A stretch of DNA of 27,538 bases from NCBI GenBank assembly GCA_002269645.1, contig NIVC01005058.1, forward strand, positions 1 through 27,538, written 5' to 3'. Below, piece by piece: positions 1 through 11,620 of this stretch. The notes below the pieces were generated by a model that made no database searches, was not told where the DNA came from, and saw nothing but the letters and a program-made list of their open reading frames with translations. Position numbers and translations under genes: made by a program. This stretch comes from Macrostomum lignano. Lineage: Eukaryota. Position 1 is the stretch's first letter; each line of letters starts with the position of its first letter.

Positions 1-35
1 CACACGCGGGAGCGCGCATATACCCGATCGCATAG

Positions 36-1428
<1,393 letters not shown>

Positions 1429-1554
1429 TTCTTCGGCCAGCCCCACTCTCAGGCTTTGGGCCATAGACTATGCAGGCTTGCTGCCGACTGTGGCCTCGTT
1501 TCCTGCTCCCGTGAGAGCGCAGCTGCTGTACCCAGTTCTGGCCTGCCGTCTTTC

Positions 1555-2076
1555 TCTGTCACTCCTGTGATTCCCCTGCCCTCATCTGTCACACCTGTGA
1601 TTCCCCTGCCCTCATCTGTCACTCCTGTGATTCCCCTGCCCTCATCTGTCACTCCTGTGATTCCCCTACCCTCATCTGTCACTCCTGTGATTCCCCTGCC
1701 CTCATTTGTCACTCCTGTGATTCCCCTGCCCTCATCTGTCACACCTGTGATTCCCCTACCCTCATCTGTCACTCCTGTGATTCCCTGCCCTCATTTGTCA
1801 CTCCTGTGATTCCCCTGCCCTCATCTGTCACTCCTGTGATTCCCCTGCCCTCATTTGTCACTCCTGTGATTCCCCTGCCCTCATCTGTCACTCCTGTGAT
1901 TCCCCTACCCTCATCTGTCACACCTGTGATTCCCCTGGCCTCATCTGTCACACCCGTGATTACCCTGCCCTCATCTGTCACACCCGTGATTCCCCTGGCC
2001 TCATCTGTCACTCCTGTGATTCCCCTGCCCTCATCTGTCACTCCTGTGATTCCCCTGCCCTCATCTGTCACTCCTG
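1555..2076. repeat. 30-bp minisatellite, ~17 copies, just downstream of the TDH stop
   Basis: Unit TCTGTCACTCCTGTGATTCCCCTGCCCTCA. A 1-nt deletion near 1783 shifts the register and explains the split SSVTPVIPLP ORFs. Confidence 0.97.
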
Positions 2077-2446
2077 GTATTCAAAACTACTTACTAAGTA
2101 GTATGCTATAGATTTTATTAAGATCTGCTGCACGTTAGCCTTAGTGAACTTATTATTATCAATGCAAATTTTACAAACGCTTTCCCCTTAGCTCAATACG
2201 TGCTAAGAAGAAATACCATTACTGGGATCACGTGATCTTACTTAGCACCGCACTGCACGCGCCTCTCCTCAAATTCTCCCTAATTGACTCCATTTGTTGT
2301 TTATTTGCATGTTACCTGCATGCATGTTACCTGCATGCATGTTACGTACCTGCAGGTAACATTATTTGTCGCTCACCTTTGCCGCTAAATTTTCTGCAAG
2401 TGACTGAAATCTCACCCGATCTAATTTATTGTTTCACTGCCCCTAT

Positions 2447-2452
2447 AATAAA
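2447..2452 (+). terminator. Candidate polyadenylation signal for TDH (AATAAA)
   Basis: First canonical AATAAA I could find downstream of the TDH stop. Usage is not demonstrated. Confidence 0.3.
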
Positions 2453-2627
2453 CCGTGCCTTTACAGCCTGTCTCCATAATGGTTTACTTGAGCGAGGGTC
2501 TATCATGGTTTTAAACGGAATTTTCTGCTTCAACATTTGGCATGTTTGGCACATTTGCTTGACTCGGGATTGCGATGAAGCGGTGCGAGCCTCATTGGGA
2601 ACGATTTTGTGACACGAATCAGCCAGT

Positions 2628-3587
2628 CTTGAAACCGAATCAATTTGACCTTACTTGACCCAGACTTGAAACTAAATCGATTTGACCTTACCTGACCCCG
2701 AATAGAAACTAAATCTATTTTGACCTTTACTGACCCGACTTGAAACTAAATCGATGTGACCTTACCTGACCCCGACTTAAAAATTAATCGATTTGACCTT
2801 ACCTGACCCCGACTAGAAACTAAATCGATTTGACCTTACCTGACCCCGAATAGAAACTACATCGATTTGACCTTACCTGACCCCGAAAAGAAACTAAAAC
2901 GATTTGACCTTAACTGACCCCGAATAAAAACTAATTTGATTTGACCTTACTTGACCCAGAATTGAAACTAAATCGATTTGACCTTACTTGACCCAGACTT
3001 GAAACTAAATCGATGTGACCTTACCTGACCCTGAATAGAAACTAAAACGATTTGACCTTACCTGACCCCGAAAAGAAACTAAAACGATTTGACCTTAACT
3101 GACCCCGAATAGAAACTACATCGATTTGACCTTACCTGACCCCGAATAGAAACTACATCGATTTGACCTTACCTGACCCCGAAAAGAAACTAAATCGATT
3201 TGACCTTAACTGACCCCGAATAAAAACTAATTTGATTTGACCTTAATTGACCCAGACTTGAAACTAAATCGATTTGACCTTACTTGACCCCGAATAGAAA
3301 CTAAATCGATGTGACCTTACCTGACCCGAATAGAAACTAAATCGATGTGACCTTACCTGACCCCGAATAGAAACTAAATGTAATTGACCTTACTTGACCC
3401 CGAATCCAATATACTAAAATAGAAACTAAATCTATTTTGACCTTTACTGACCCGACTTGAAACTAATCGATTTGACCTTACCTGACCCCGACTTAAAAAT
3501 TAATCGATTTGACCTTACCTGACCCCGAATAGAAACTAAATCGATTTGACCTTACCTGACCCCGACTTGAAACTAAATCGATTTGAC
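2628..3587. repeat. ~37-bp minisatellite, ~25 copies, moderately diverged
   Basis: Unit approx. TCGATTTGACCTTACCTGACCCCGAATAGAAACTAAA with an internal TGACC doublet and a short interruption near 3400-3425. Confidence 0.96.
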
Positions 3588-4188
3588 GTCATTTTCAAAT
3601 GACGGTCATAAAAAACATAATAGCCAAGAATTTCAAGAGAATTCGTAACAGAAGGCAATTGCCAGATTCAGTCACTGTCGTCAGTTGTACTTTATATAGT
3701 ATTATTAATATATATAAGAATGAATTCTGTACTGGTCAGTATGGTCATATATGCATTTACACAGAGAGCGATTTCATGGGCTATCAGTAGCAATGTTCAG
3801 CAGATTGCAAATCAATAAACACGGGAAAGGTAAATGGCGCAAACAGTGATGGACAACAGAATCATTTTAGCATGAACGATTGCTGTCCAAAATAGTTACA
3901 ACATTAAACGGATGGTCAGACCTAATCGGCGAAAGATACAAATACTGCATTTGGAGCACTTTTATGTTGAACTGTTTTATAGCATAGCGATACAGTATAA
4001 TATATTGCCAAGCAAACTGATCGCACAGATTTTACACGGGGCCGCATGGAGGGCAATCTGGGACCGTCGAATCGGTCGTAGCCAAACAAAGGAGTTTCAT
4101 AGAATAACCGCGTTGCGTAAATGCGAGTAAATATCTTTTTAGCCGGACTCTAACTGTGCATGGGACTCGCCAACTGGGCCGATCTCTA

Positions 4189-4374
4189 CACCCACCTCAC
4201 TCCGCGCACATACCTCACTCCGCACACCCACCTCACTCCGCACACCAACCTCACTCCCCACATCCACCTCACTCCGCACACCCACCTCAATCCGCACATC
4301 CACCTCACTCCGCCCACCCACCTTACTCTGCACACCCACCTCACTCCGCTCACCCTCCTCACTCCGCACACCCA
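4189..4374. repeat. 18-bp C-rich minisatellite, ~10 copies
   Basis: Unit CACCCACCTCACTCCGCA; source of the PPHSAH / HLTPHT ORFs. Confidence 0.95.
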
Positions 4375-4940
4375 CGCAAGACATGCAGTCCAGCTAAGTC
4401 AGTTAGAAAGCCTCAAAAGCGCTTATTAACACTGCTTTTTGAAATTCGTACAAACCGAAAAAGGACTAAATTTAACATTGACAGATTGCGCTAAATAATA
4501 TGTACAGAGCGGAACGCAAAATTTGCAGGCAAAAATAGAATATTATTTTGAATATATATATGTATATGCGGATTAGTACATACAATTTACTGACAAGTAA
4601 AATTGCGATAGTATCAATTGAAAAAAGACAAGATTGATAAAAACTGCAAAACAGCATATTATTATTTGCATAAAATATATTATTATTGCCAGCAAAAGTC
4701 ATCCACAGTAAACAAATTTAAGTCGCAGATTTCCGTCCCTAGCCAAAAAGTTAATAAAAACGCAACTCCTACTACTGCTAGTAATTGAGTAGCGATAGCA
4801 GGGAATGCAGATGCGGAATAGAGGCTAGACGATAAAAAAATTAAGAAAGATGCTAAAAGCCCCGCACTTCTCACGACGTCAATGCAGAGCTGCTTTGCTA
4901 CAGAAAATACATTCAGACTGCAAAAAGCAATAAATGCTTT

Positions 4941-4946
4941 TTTATT
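4941..4946 (-). terminator. Candidate polyadenylation signal for DDR (AATAAA on - strand)
   Basis: TTTATT on + strand at 4941-4946, ~190 nt after the DDR stop codon. Confidence 0.45.
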
Positions 4947-5135
4947 GCAGTTGCCCCGAAAAAAAACACTTTTATACTGAAGCCGTTTAAGAATGCAGTG
5001 GAATTCGGAAGCAATATCTATAGACTCTTAACACTCGTAGTTTCCCTAGTAACAGCCGTGCCCCTAGCAACGGTTGGCAAGGGATATAGCATCTAGCCAC
5101 TAGCGTCCTTAGAAACGAACGGCCCCTAGCAAAAG

Positions 5136-5357
5136 TCAAGAGCGACGCCGTCTCAGCAGGCTGGCATCCTTGGCGGTGTAGCCGCAGTCGCGGCTCTGCA
5201 GGAAGGCGCGGATGTCGCGGAACCGCGGCCGGCAGCCCTCGTCCCGCTGCCAGCACTGGCACAGCAGGTCGTACAGCTCGCGCGGGCACAGCGGCGGGCA
5301 GGGCAGCGGCTGAGCGGCCCCGTCGCAGAGCAGAATGTGATGGCAGTTGTCAACCAC
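5136..5357 (-). CDS. DDR: DDR last coding exon (kinase C-lobe end and tail, stop TGA)
   Basis: Acceptor CTCAAG|GTG; VVDNCHH..PLPCPPLCPRELYDLLCQCWQRDEGCRPRFRDIRAFL (kinase subdomain XI). Joins in phase 0 to LTDEQ. Confidence 0.93.
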   Translation of the reverse strand: MVDNCHHILLCDGAAQPLPCPPLCPRELYDLLCQCWQRDEGCRPRFRDIRAFLQSRDCGYTAKDASLLRRRRS

Positions 5358-5530
5358 CTTGAGTTCGTGGCGGGTTTTTGATGCAATTAAAGAAATACTT
5401 CAAATTTGCTGGCATTCCTACTAACGGTAGCAAGAGAGAGTAGTGCTTTCAAGCGCTGGATTTTGGACGGAAAAAGTAGTTAAGGACCGAAAGAAATAAA
5501 AAACGATTAAAGAGGACAACCGATGAGATA

Positions 5531-5630
5531 CAGAGGGGGAGAGGGGGAGATTGAGATGGAGATTGAGAGAGGGGAGAGATGGAGAGAGAGGGGGGTAGAG
5601 AAGGGAGATGGGAGTGATGAGGAGGCAAAT
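5531..5630. repeat. Degenerate GA-rich low-complexity tract in the last DDR intron
   Basis: CAGAGGGGGAGAGGGGGAGATTGAGATGGAGATTGAGAGAGGGGAGAGATGGAGAGAGAG...; pyrimidine-rich on the DDR sense strand. Confidence 0.7.
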
Positions 5631-5700
5631 GAATTGGTGATGTGGTGAATATCGAGTTCGGCAAGCTCGAGCGCGCATCCAGCTTCCCATAGCAACAAAC

Positions 5701-6525
5701 CTGCTCATCGGTGAGGCCGGCAAACGGCTGCTCCCTGCACAGGGTGAGCAGCTCCCAGACGGTGACGGCAAAGCTCCAGACATCGCTGGCGATGGTGAAG
5801 CGGCCGTGCAGCAGGGCCTCCCAGGCCATCCAGCGCACGGGGAGGGGCCCAGCACAGCCGTCCAGCCGGTAATAGTCTGCAGAGTAGATGGGCCGCGACA
5901 TGCCAAAGTCGCAGATTTTGACGCAGAACGCCTCGCCTAGCAGGCAGTTGCGGGCGGCCAGGTCGCGGTGGACCAGCTGCGCGGACTCCAGGTAGGCCAT
6001 GCCGCTGGCCACCTGAGCGGCCATGTGCATCAGGCAGCCGTAGCTCAGGGGCGGCTCCGGGCCGCCGCCGGTGCCCAGGGACCGCAGGAACTGGTGCAGG
6101 TCCCCGTGCTGCATGTACTCAACTAGCACGGCGCACAGGTCCGACCCGGACACGACGCCAAGCACTCGGACAATGTTGGGATCACGCAGCCGGGCCAGGG
6201 TTCGAGTCTCGCGTCGGAAATCCTCGGCCGCCTGCGGATTGGCACCCGGATTGCGGAGAGTCTTGGCGGCCACGAGCAGCGGCTGGCCGGGCGGCGCCGG
6301 CGAGTCGGCAGCGGGCGCCGGCGTCCACTCGGCCAGGCGGACTTCGCCGAATTTGCCGCCGCCGAGGCGCTCCTTGAGGACCACGGAGGTGGCGGGCACT
6401 TCCAGCGAGGCCAGGGCGGCTTCGAGTTGGCGGGGGCTGCCGTCGGCCGGGCAGCGGAGCCGCTGGGTGACGGCTGGCGCTGCGGCTGCGTCACGGGACA
6501 GGCGTACACGGTGCCGCCGAGCAGC
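5701..6525 (-). CDS. DDR: DDR kinase exon (end of juxtamembrane region plus subdomains I-X); 5' part has a frame inconsistency
   Basis: LKERLGGGKFGEV, VAAK, FRRE, VEYMQHGDLHQFL, QVASGMAYLES, HRDLAARN, KICDFGMSR, activation loop YSADYY, LPVRWMAWE, SDVWSFAVTVWELLTLCREQPF (DDR signature). Donor CAG|GTTTGT at 5701/5700. Strong acceptor CTCCCACCTCCGCAG|G at 6526/6525. Confidence 0.92.
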
Positions 6526-6604
6526 CTGCGGAGGTGGGAGGCAGATGGATGAGGCTTGAGTCTGCTGGAGTTTCGAGGCTAGTAGTTTTGTGGTTTTTTT
6601 GTTA

Positions 6605-7352
6605 TGGGACGTTTAGGTGCGGGTGTTTAGGCTGTGGGACGTTTAGATGCGGGTGTTTAGATTGTGGGACGTTTAGGTGCGGGTGGTTAGATTGTGGGAC
6701 GTTTAGGTGCGGGTGTTTAGATTTTTGGACGTTTAGGTGCGGGTGTTTAGATTGTGGGACGTTTAGGTGCGGGTGTTTAGGTTGTGGGACGTTTAGGTGC
6801 GGGTGTTTAGGCTGTGGGACGTTTAGATGCGGGTGTTTAGATTGTGGGACGTTTAGGTGCGGGTGTTTAGATTGTGGGACGTTTAGGTGCGGGTGTTTAG
6901 ATTGTGGGACGTTTAGGTGCGGGTGTTTAGATTGTGGGACGTTTAGGTGCGGGTGGTTAGATTGTGGGACGTTTAGGTGCGGGTGTTTAGATTGTGGGAC
7001 GTTTAGGTGCGGGTGTTTAGATTGTGGGACGTTTAGGTGCGGGTGGTTAGGTTGTGGGACGTTTAGGTGCGGGTGTTTAGGTTGTGGGACGTTTAGGTGC
7101 GGGTGTTTAGGTTGTGGGACGTTTAGGTGCGGGTCTTTAGATTGTGGGACGTTTAGGTGCGGGTGTTTAGGCTGTGGGACGTTTAGGTGCGGGTGGTTAG
7201 ATTGTGGGACGTTTAGGTGCGGGTGTTTAGATTGTGGGACGTTTAGGTGCGGGTGTTTAGATTGTGGGACGTTTAGGTGCGGGTGTTTAGATTGTGGGAC
7301 GTTTAGGTGCGGGTGTTTAGGCTGTGGGACGTTTAGGTTTGGGATGTTTAGG
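6605..7352. repeat. 30-bp G/T-rich minisatellite, ~25 copies
   Basis: Unit GGGACGTTTAGGTGCGGGTGTTTAGATTGT, with internal 15+15 symmetry. Confidence 0.97.
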
Positions 7353-7510
7353 CTTGGGTATTTACATGCGGGAGATTTTTAGTTTTCTAATGGTTACACA
7401 TAAAAAAGTGTGATCCAGGAGCTCAGATGTTCAAAGATGAAATGCGATATTTGCGTAGGTTGCCATCTTACAGATATTTTGAATAGATATAAAATCGGGC
7501 ATTGGGTAAG

Positions 7511-7515
<5 letters not shown>

Positions 7516-7550
<35 letters not shown>
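7516..7550. repeat. (GA)n microsatellite, ~17 units
   Basis: Perfect GAGAGA run. Confidence 0.97.
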
Positions 7551-7552
<2 letters not shown>

Positions 7553-8198
7553 TGCTGTTGTTAATGGAAGTTTCACAGAGACAGGCAGTCTGTTGTACAC
7601 TTCGGATGCCCCGTCAGTAAAGTGGACACAACATTTAGCTAGTGTGCTTGGCAATGCAGCATGTATTGCATAATTCTGCCCTAGTCAGAAGTGGTCTCTA
7701 AAACTAAGCCATTCAGATCACGTGACACTGGATAAGCTTGGGGATTTCCACTTTATACCGCTGAGCATTCTGGTGGCCAAGCTGCCACAAAAAAGATAAT
7801 AACAATAATAATGAAAAAGACCAGCACCGCTGCAGGCACCGGCCAAGTGGCTTCATCAGATTCCAGAATCCCCCAATGCTTAAATACCTGCCTGTCCTTC
7901 CAGCCGATGACGGACAGGTTACGTAACTGTCCGGCAGGGAGAATTCAAGATGCCATGAAGGCGCAGGGGGAAGGCAAAGGTAAGAAGGATGGAGAGAGCA
8001 GCGGATGCGGGTCACCCAAGTGATGACACGTTTTTAATTCAGGCTCACGTTTCCGGCTTTGGGGAGCTTGAAGGCAGGGAAGAGCAGTGGGGGAGGCAGC
8101 AGGGAAGGGAGGAACACGCAAAGTTTGTAAGTTGCAATAAAATGTAACCCAGTCTGCTTGCAGTTCATGTTCATCGCAGTTATTGGTGCTTTCAAGAC

Positions 8199-8861
8199 TG
8201 CAGATGGATAGGCAGGTAGATGCAGATGGATAGGCAGGTAGATGCAGATGGATAGGCAGGTAGATGCAGACGGATAGGCAGGTAGATGCAGACGGATAGG
8301 CAGGTAGATGCAGATGGATAGGCAGGTAGATACAGATGGATTGGCAGGTAGATGGATTGGCAGGTAGATGGATTGGCAGGTAGATGGATTGGCAGGTAGA
8401 TGGATTGGCAGGTAGATGGATTGGCAAGTAGATGGATTGGCAGGCAGATGGATTGGTAAGTAGATGGATAGGCAGGTAGATACAGATGGATTGGCAGGTA
8501 GATGGATTGGCAGATAGATGGATTGGCAGGTAGATGGATTGGCAGGTAGATGGATTGGCAGGTAGATGGATTGGCAGGTAGATGGATTGGCAGGTAGATG
8601 GATTGGCAAGTAGATGGATTGGCAGGCAGATGGATTGGTAAGTAGATGGATAGGCAGGTAGATACAGATGGATTGGCAGGTAGATGGATTGGCAGATAGA
8701 TGGATTGGCAGGTAGATGGATTGGCAGGTAGATGGATTGGCAGGTAGATGGATTGGCAGGTAGATGAATTGGCAGGTAGATGGATTGGCAGGTAGATGGA
8801 TTGGCAGGTAGATGGATTGGCAAGTAGATGGATTGGCAGGTAGATGGATTGGCAGGTAGAT
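8199..8861. repeat. Compound minisatellite: ~6 x 22-bp units grading into 16-bp units
   Basis: GCAGATGGATAGGCAGGTAGAT, then AGATGGATTGGCAGGT. The TACAG variant recurs at 8331, 8481 and 8663. Confidence 0.96.
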
Positions 8862-8886
8862 ATAAAAGATTACCAGAAGGCCTCAC

Positions 8887-9759
8887 CTTGCAGATTCAGA
8901 TCGGACGGGAATCTCGGCACGGGAGGCGGCACCGGCGAAGGCGGCAGCTGTCGCATCATCAAAGTATGCGGCGGAGGCGGCGGCTGCTGATGCTGATGAT
9001 GAGGCTGCTGTTGCTGCTGCTGAAGCGACATCATCCCGTTGGTAACAGAGCCCCTGGGCCTGGCATAGGTACCCAGGCCAGTTAGGTACATCTGCTGCTG
9101 CTGCTGCTGCTGGAGCAGCTGAGGCCCGCATAGGGTGGTGCTGGCGTAGGCGTTGGCATCACCGGACGGCTGAATCAGAGGCGAGAACGAGGCGGCAGCG
9201 TAAGTGTAAGCGTCAGTGCCGCAGCTGCGAGTGTCCTCGCCGCCTGCCATCGTGTCCTCGTCGTTATTGTTGAGCGTCTTGTAGGAGGCCGACGGCCCAA
9301 GATGGCCGCCCCCGCCTGCGGTCGATAAGCCGCCACCGAACAGCACTGCTGGCCTGCCGTTGCTGAAGTCCAGGTGGATGTTCTCGGAGCCATTGTACTG
9401 GCCGGGGTGGAGGAACTGCTGCTGCTGGTACTGCTGCGAGAACTGGTCCTGCTGCTTCTTGCGCAGCTGGCCCCGCCGGACGCACAGGACTCCGATGACT
9501 ATCATGAGGGCCAGAGCGCCCAGCAAGATCGCCACGATGATGGCGATGTACATCAGCTCGTTGTCGCGGCTGGGCATCTGGCTGCCTCTGCCGCCGGCTC
9601 CGGGCAGGTCGACGCGCTCGCCTCGATCGATTTTGCCGGGCAGAGATGGCGGATCCGAAGGCGACAGCGGGGTCGGGGTATCCGGGCCCGGCCGCGGCTG
9701 CTGGCCGCTGCCGCCGCTCGTCTCCGAGGTCTCCGCTGGCGGCGGGTTGGTCAGCACTT
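8887..9759 (-). CDS. DDR: DDR exon: P/S/G-rich stalk, transmembrane helix (~9482-9556) and Q/P/H-rich juxtamembrane region
   Basis: Acceptor CGCCCCTCCAG|AA (phase 1), 873 nt, donor CAAG|GTGAG (phase 1). Contains YIAIIVAILLGALALMIVIGVLCV followed by RRGQLRKK, and ends DLNLQG, like DDR ..IVNLQG. Confidence 0.9.
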
Positions 9760-9807
9760 CTGGAGGGGCGATGGAGAGGCGGATTCTGTGTTCTTCTCGT
9801 TCCGTTC

Positions 9808-9950
9808 TTTGTGTCAGGGAGTCATAAGTTTGTGTCAGAGGGTGTCATAGTTTTGTGTAAGGGGAGTCATAGTTTTGTGTAAGGGGAGTCATAGTTTTGT
9901 GTCAGGGGAGTCATAGTTTTGTGTCAGGGGAGTCATAGTTTTGTGTCAGG
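9808..9950. repeat. 22-bp minisatellite, ~6 copies
   Basis: GTCATAGTTTTGTGT(A/C)AGGGGA at 9844, 9866, 9888 and onward. Confidence 0.93.
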
Positions 9951-10669
9951 AAAATTCAAATTGGAGCCAAATTTTCAAACGATTTGTGGTGCCAATTAAA
10001 ATTTGAGGCAAGCAAATTTACAGTCAAGGACATTTAAAACGTTCTAGAGCCGCCTCTGAGACAAAAAAGTTCCTGTGCTTGCCAACCCTGAAGTCAAGAG
10101 ATTTTCTGACCGACAACACGCGCGGCCCTTGGAAACTAATTGAAAAAATGCCCCCCTATATAGAGACTTTGGAAAACTGGGCCCAGCAAAAATGCATTGA
10201 TCAACCAGCAAATCTGAGAGAGGCAGATTTCAGCAGGCATCAGACGGGACTGGACCCAATTCATCAACATGGGCCCAGGGCAGATTTCGGCAGCAGGGAG
10301 CCATATTTTGATCGGCCTTTCATTTTCAGTCGAATGGCGAACATTTCGCGAAGATTTCCGAGGCCAACGCTAGTCGACTTTCCGGTGCCAAAACACGGCA
10401 AGGCACGTTCTTGGCCAAGTGGTCTCTCTGTTGCCAACTGATTCGCTTCCAGCCTCTCCGTCTCCGGGCGACAGACTATTAGACAATTGCCTTTTACTTT
10501 TCTCCGGCCAGTGCGATAACACAAGGCAGACTTTTGGGCACCGTCTGGCGACCTTAGGGACAGCAGATGCGCCCTCGCCTGCCTGGCTTGCCTTTTCCTA
10601 GGATTGAACCGATCTTCTAACTTTTATTTCACAATCGACTCCCTCTGTGACTCTTTGAACTCTTTTCCC

Positions 10670-11620
10670 AGACCTCCCTCTTAGACTTATGGACATCTTC
10701 CTCTCAGACTCATGGACCTCCCTCTCAGATTCCTTGACCTCCCTCAGAAACATTGACCTCCCTCTCAGACTCATTGACCTCCCTCTCAGACACATTGACC
10801 TCCCTCTCAGATTCCTTGACCTCCCTCAGAAACATTGACCTCCCTCTCAGACTCATTGACCTCCCTCTCAGACTCATTGACCTCCCTCTCAGATTCCTTG
10901 ACCTCCCTCAGAAACATTGACCTCACTCTCAGACTCATTGACCTCCCTCTCAGACTCATTGACCTCCCTCTCAGACACATTGACCTCCCTCTCAGACTCA
11001 TTGACCTCCCTCTCAGATTCATTGACCTCCCTCTCAGACACATTGACCTCCCTCTCAGACTCATTGACCTCCCTCTCAGATTCATTGACCTCCCTCTCAG
11101 ACTCATTGACCTCCCTCTCAGACACATTGACCTCCCTCTCAGACTCATTGACCTCCCTCTCAGATTCCTTGACCTCCCTCTCAGACACATTGACCTCCCT
11201 CTCAGATTCATTGACCTCCCTCTCAGACTCATTGACCTCCCTCTCAGACACATTGACCTCCCTCTCAGACTCATTGACCTCTGACTCAGATTCCTTGACC
11301 TCCCTCTCAGACTCATTGACCTGCCTCTCAGACACATTGACCTCCCTCTCAGACTCATTGACCTCTGACTCAGATTCCTTGACCTCCCTCTCAGACTCAT
11401 TGACCTCCCTCTCAGACTCATTGACCTCTGACTCAGATTCCTTGACCTCCCTCTCAGACTCATTGACCTCCCTCTCAGACACATTGACCTCCCTCTCAGA
11501 CTCATTGACCTCTGACTCAGATTCCTTGACCTCCCTCAGAAACATTGACCTCCCTCTCAAATTCCCTCTCAGACCCATTGTCGTCATTGACCTCCCTCTT
11601 GGACACTGACCTTCTTCCCA
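10670..11620. repeat. 21-bp minisatellite, ~45 copies, with degenerate flanks
   Basis: Unit CTCATTGACCTCCCTCTCAGA with ACAC/ATTC/ACTC variants; source of the SLRGRSM and ESEREVN ORFs. Confidence 0.97.

Noticed and set aside
1449-2111. ORFs SSVTPVIPLP / TDEGRGITGV
   Set aside because: Products of the 30-bp array downstream of the TDH stop.
6534-7382. 282-aa Cys-rich ORF (CGTFRCGCLD)n that looks metallothionein- or keratin-associated-like
   Set aside because: It is the translation of a 30-bp intronic minisatellite, antisense to DDR, with no non-repetitive domain. A unit length divisible by 3 explains the open frame.
7945-8886. 313-aa and 191-aa ORFs (IYLPIHLPANPSTCQS)n
   Set aside because: Translation of the 16/22-bp array inside a GT-AG intron.
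10807-11609. ORFs SLRGRSM / ESEREVN / SDSLTSL of 150-230 aa
   Set aside because: Products of the 21-bp array.
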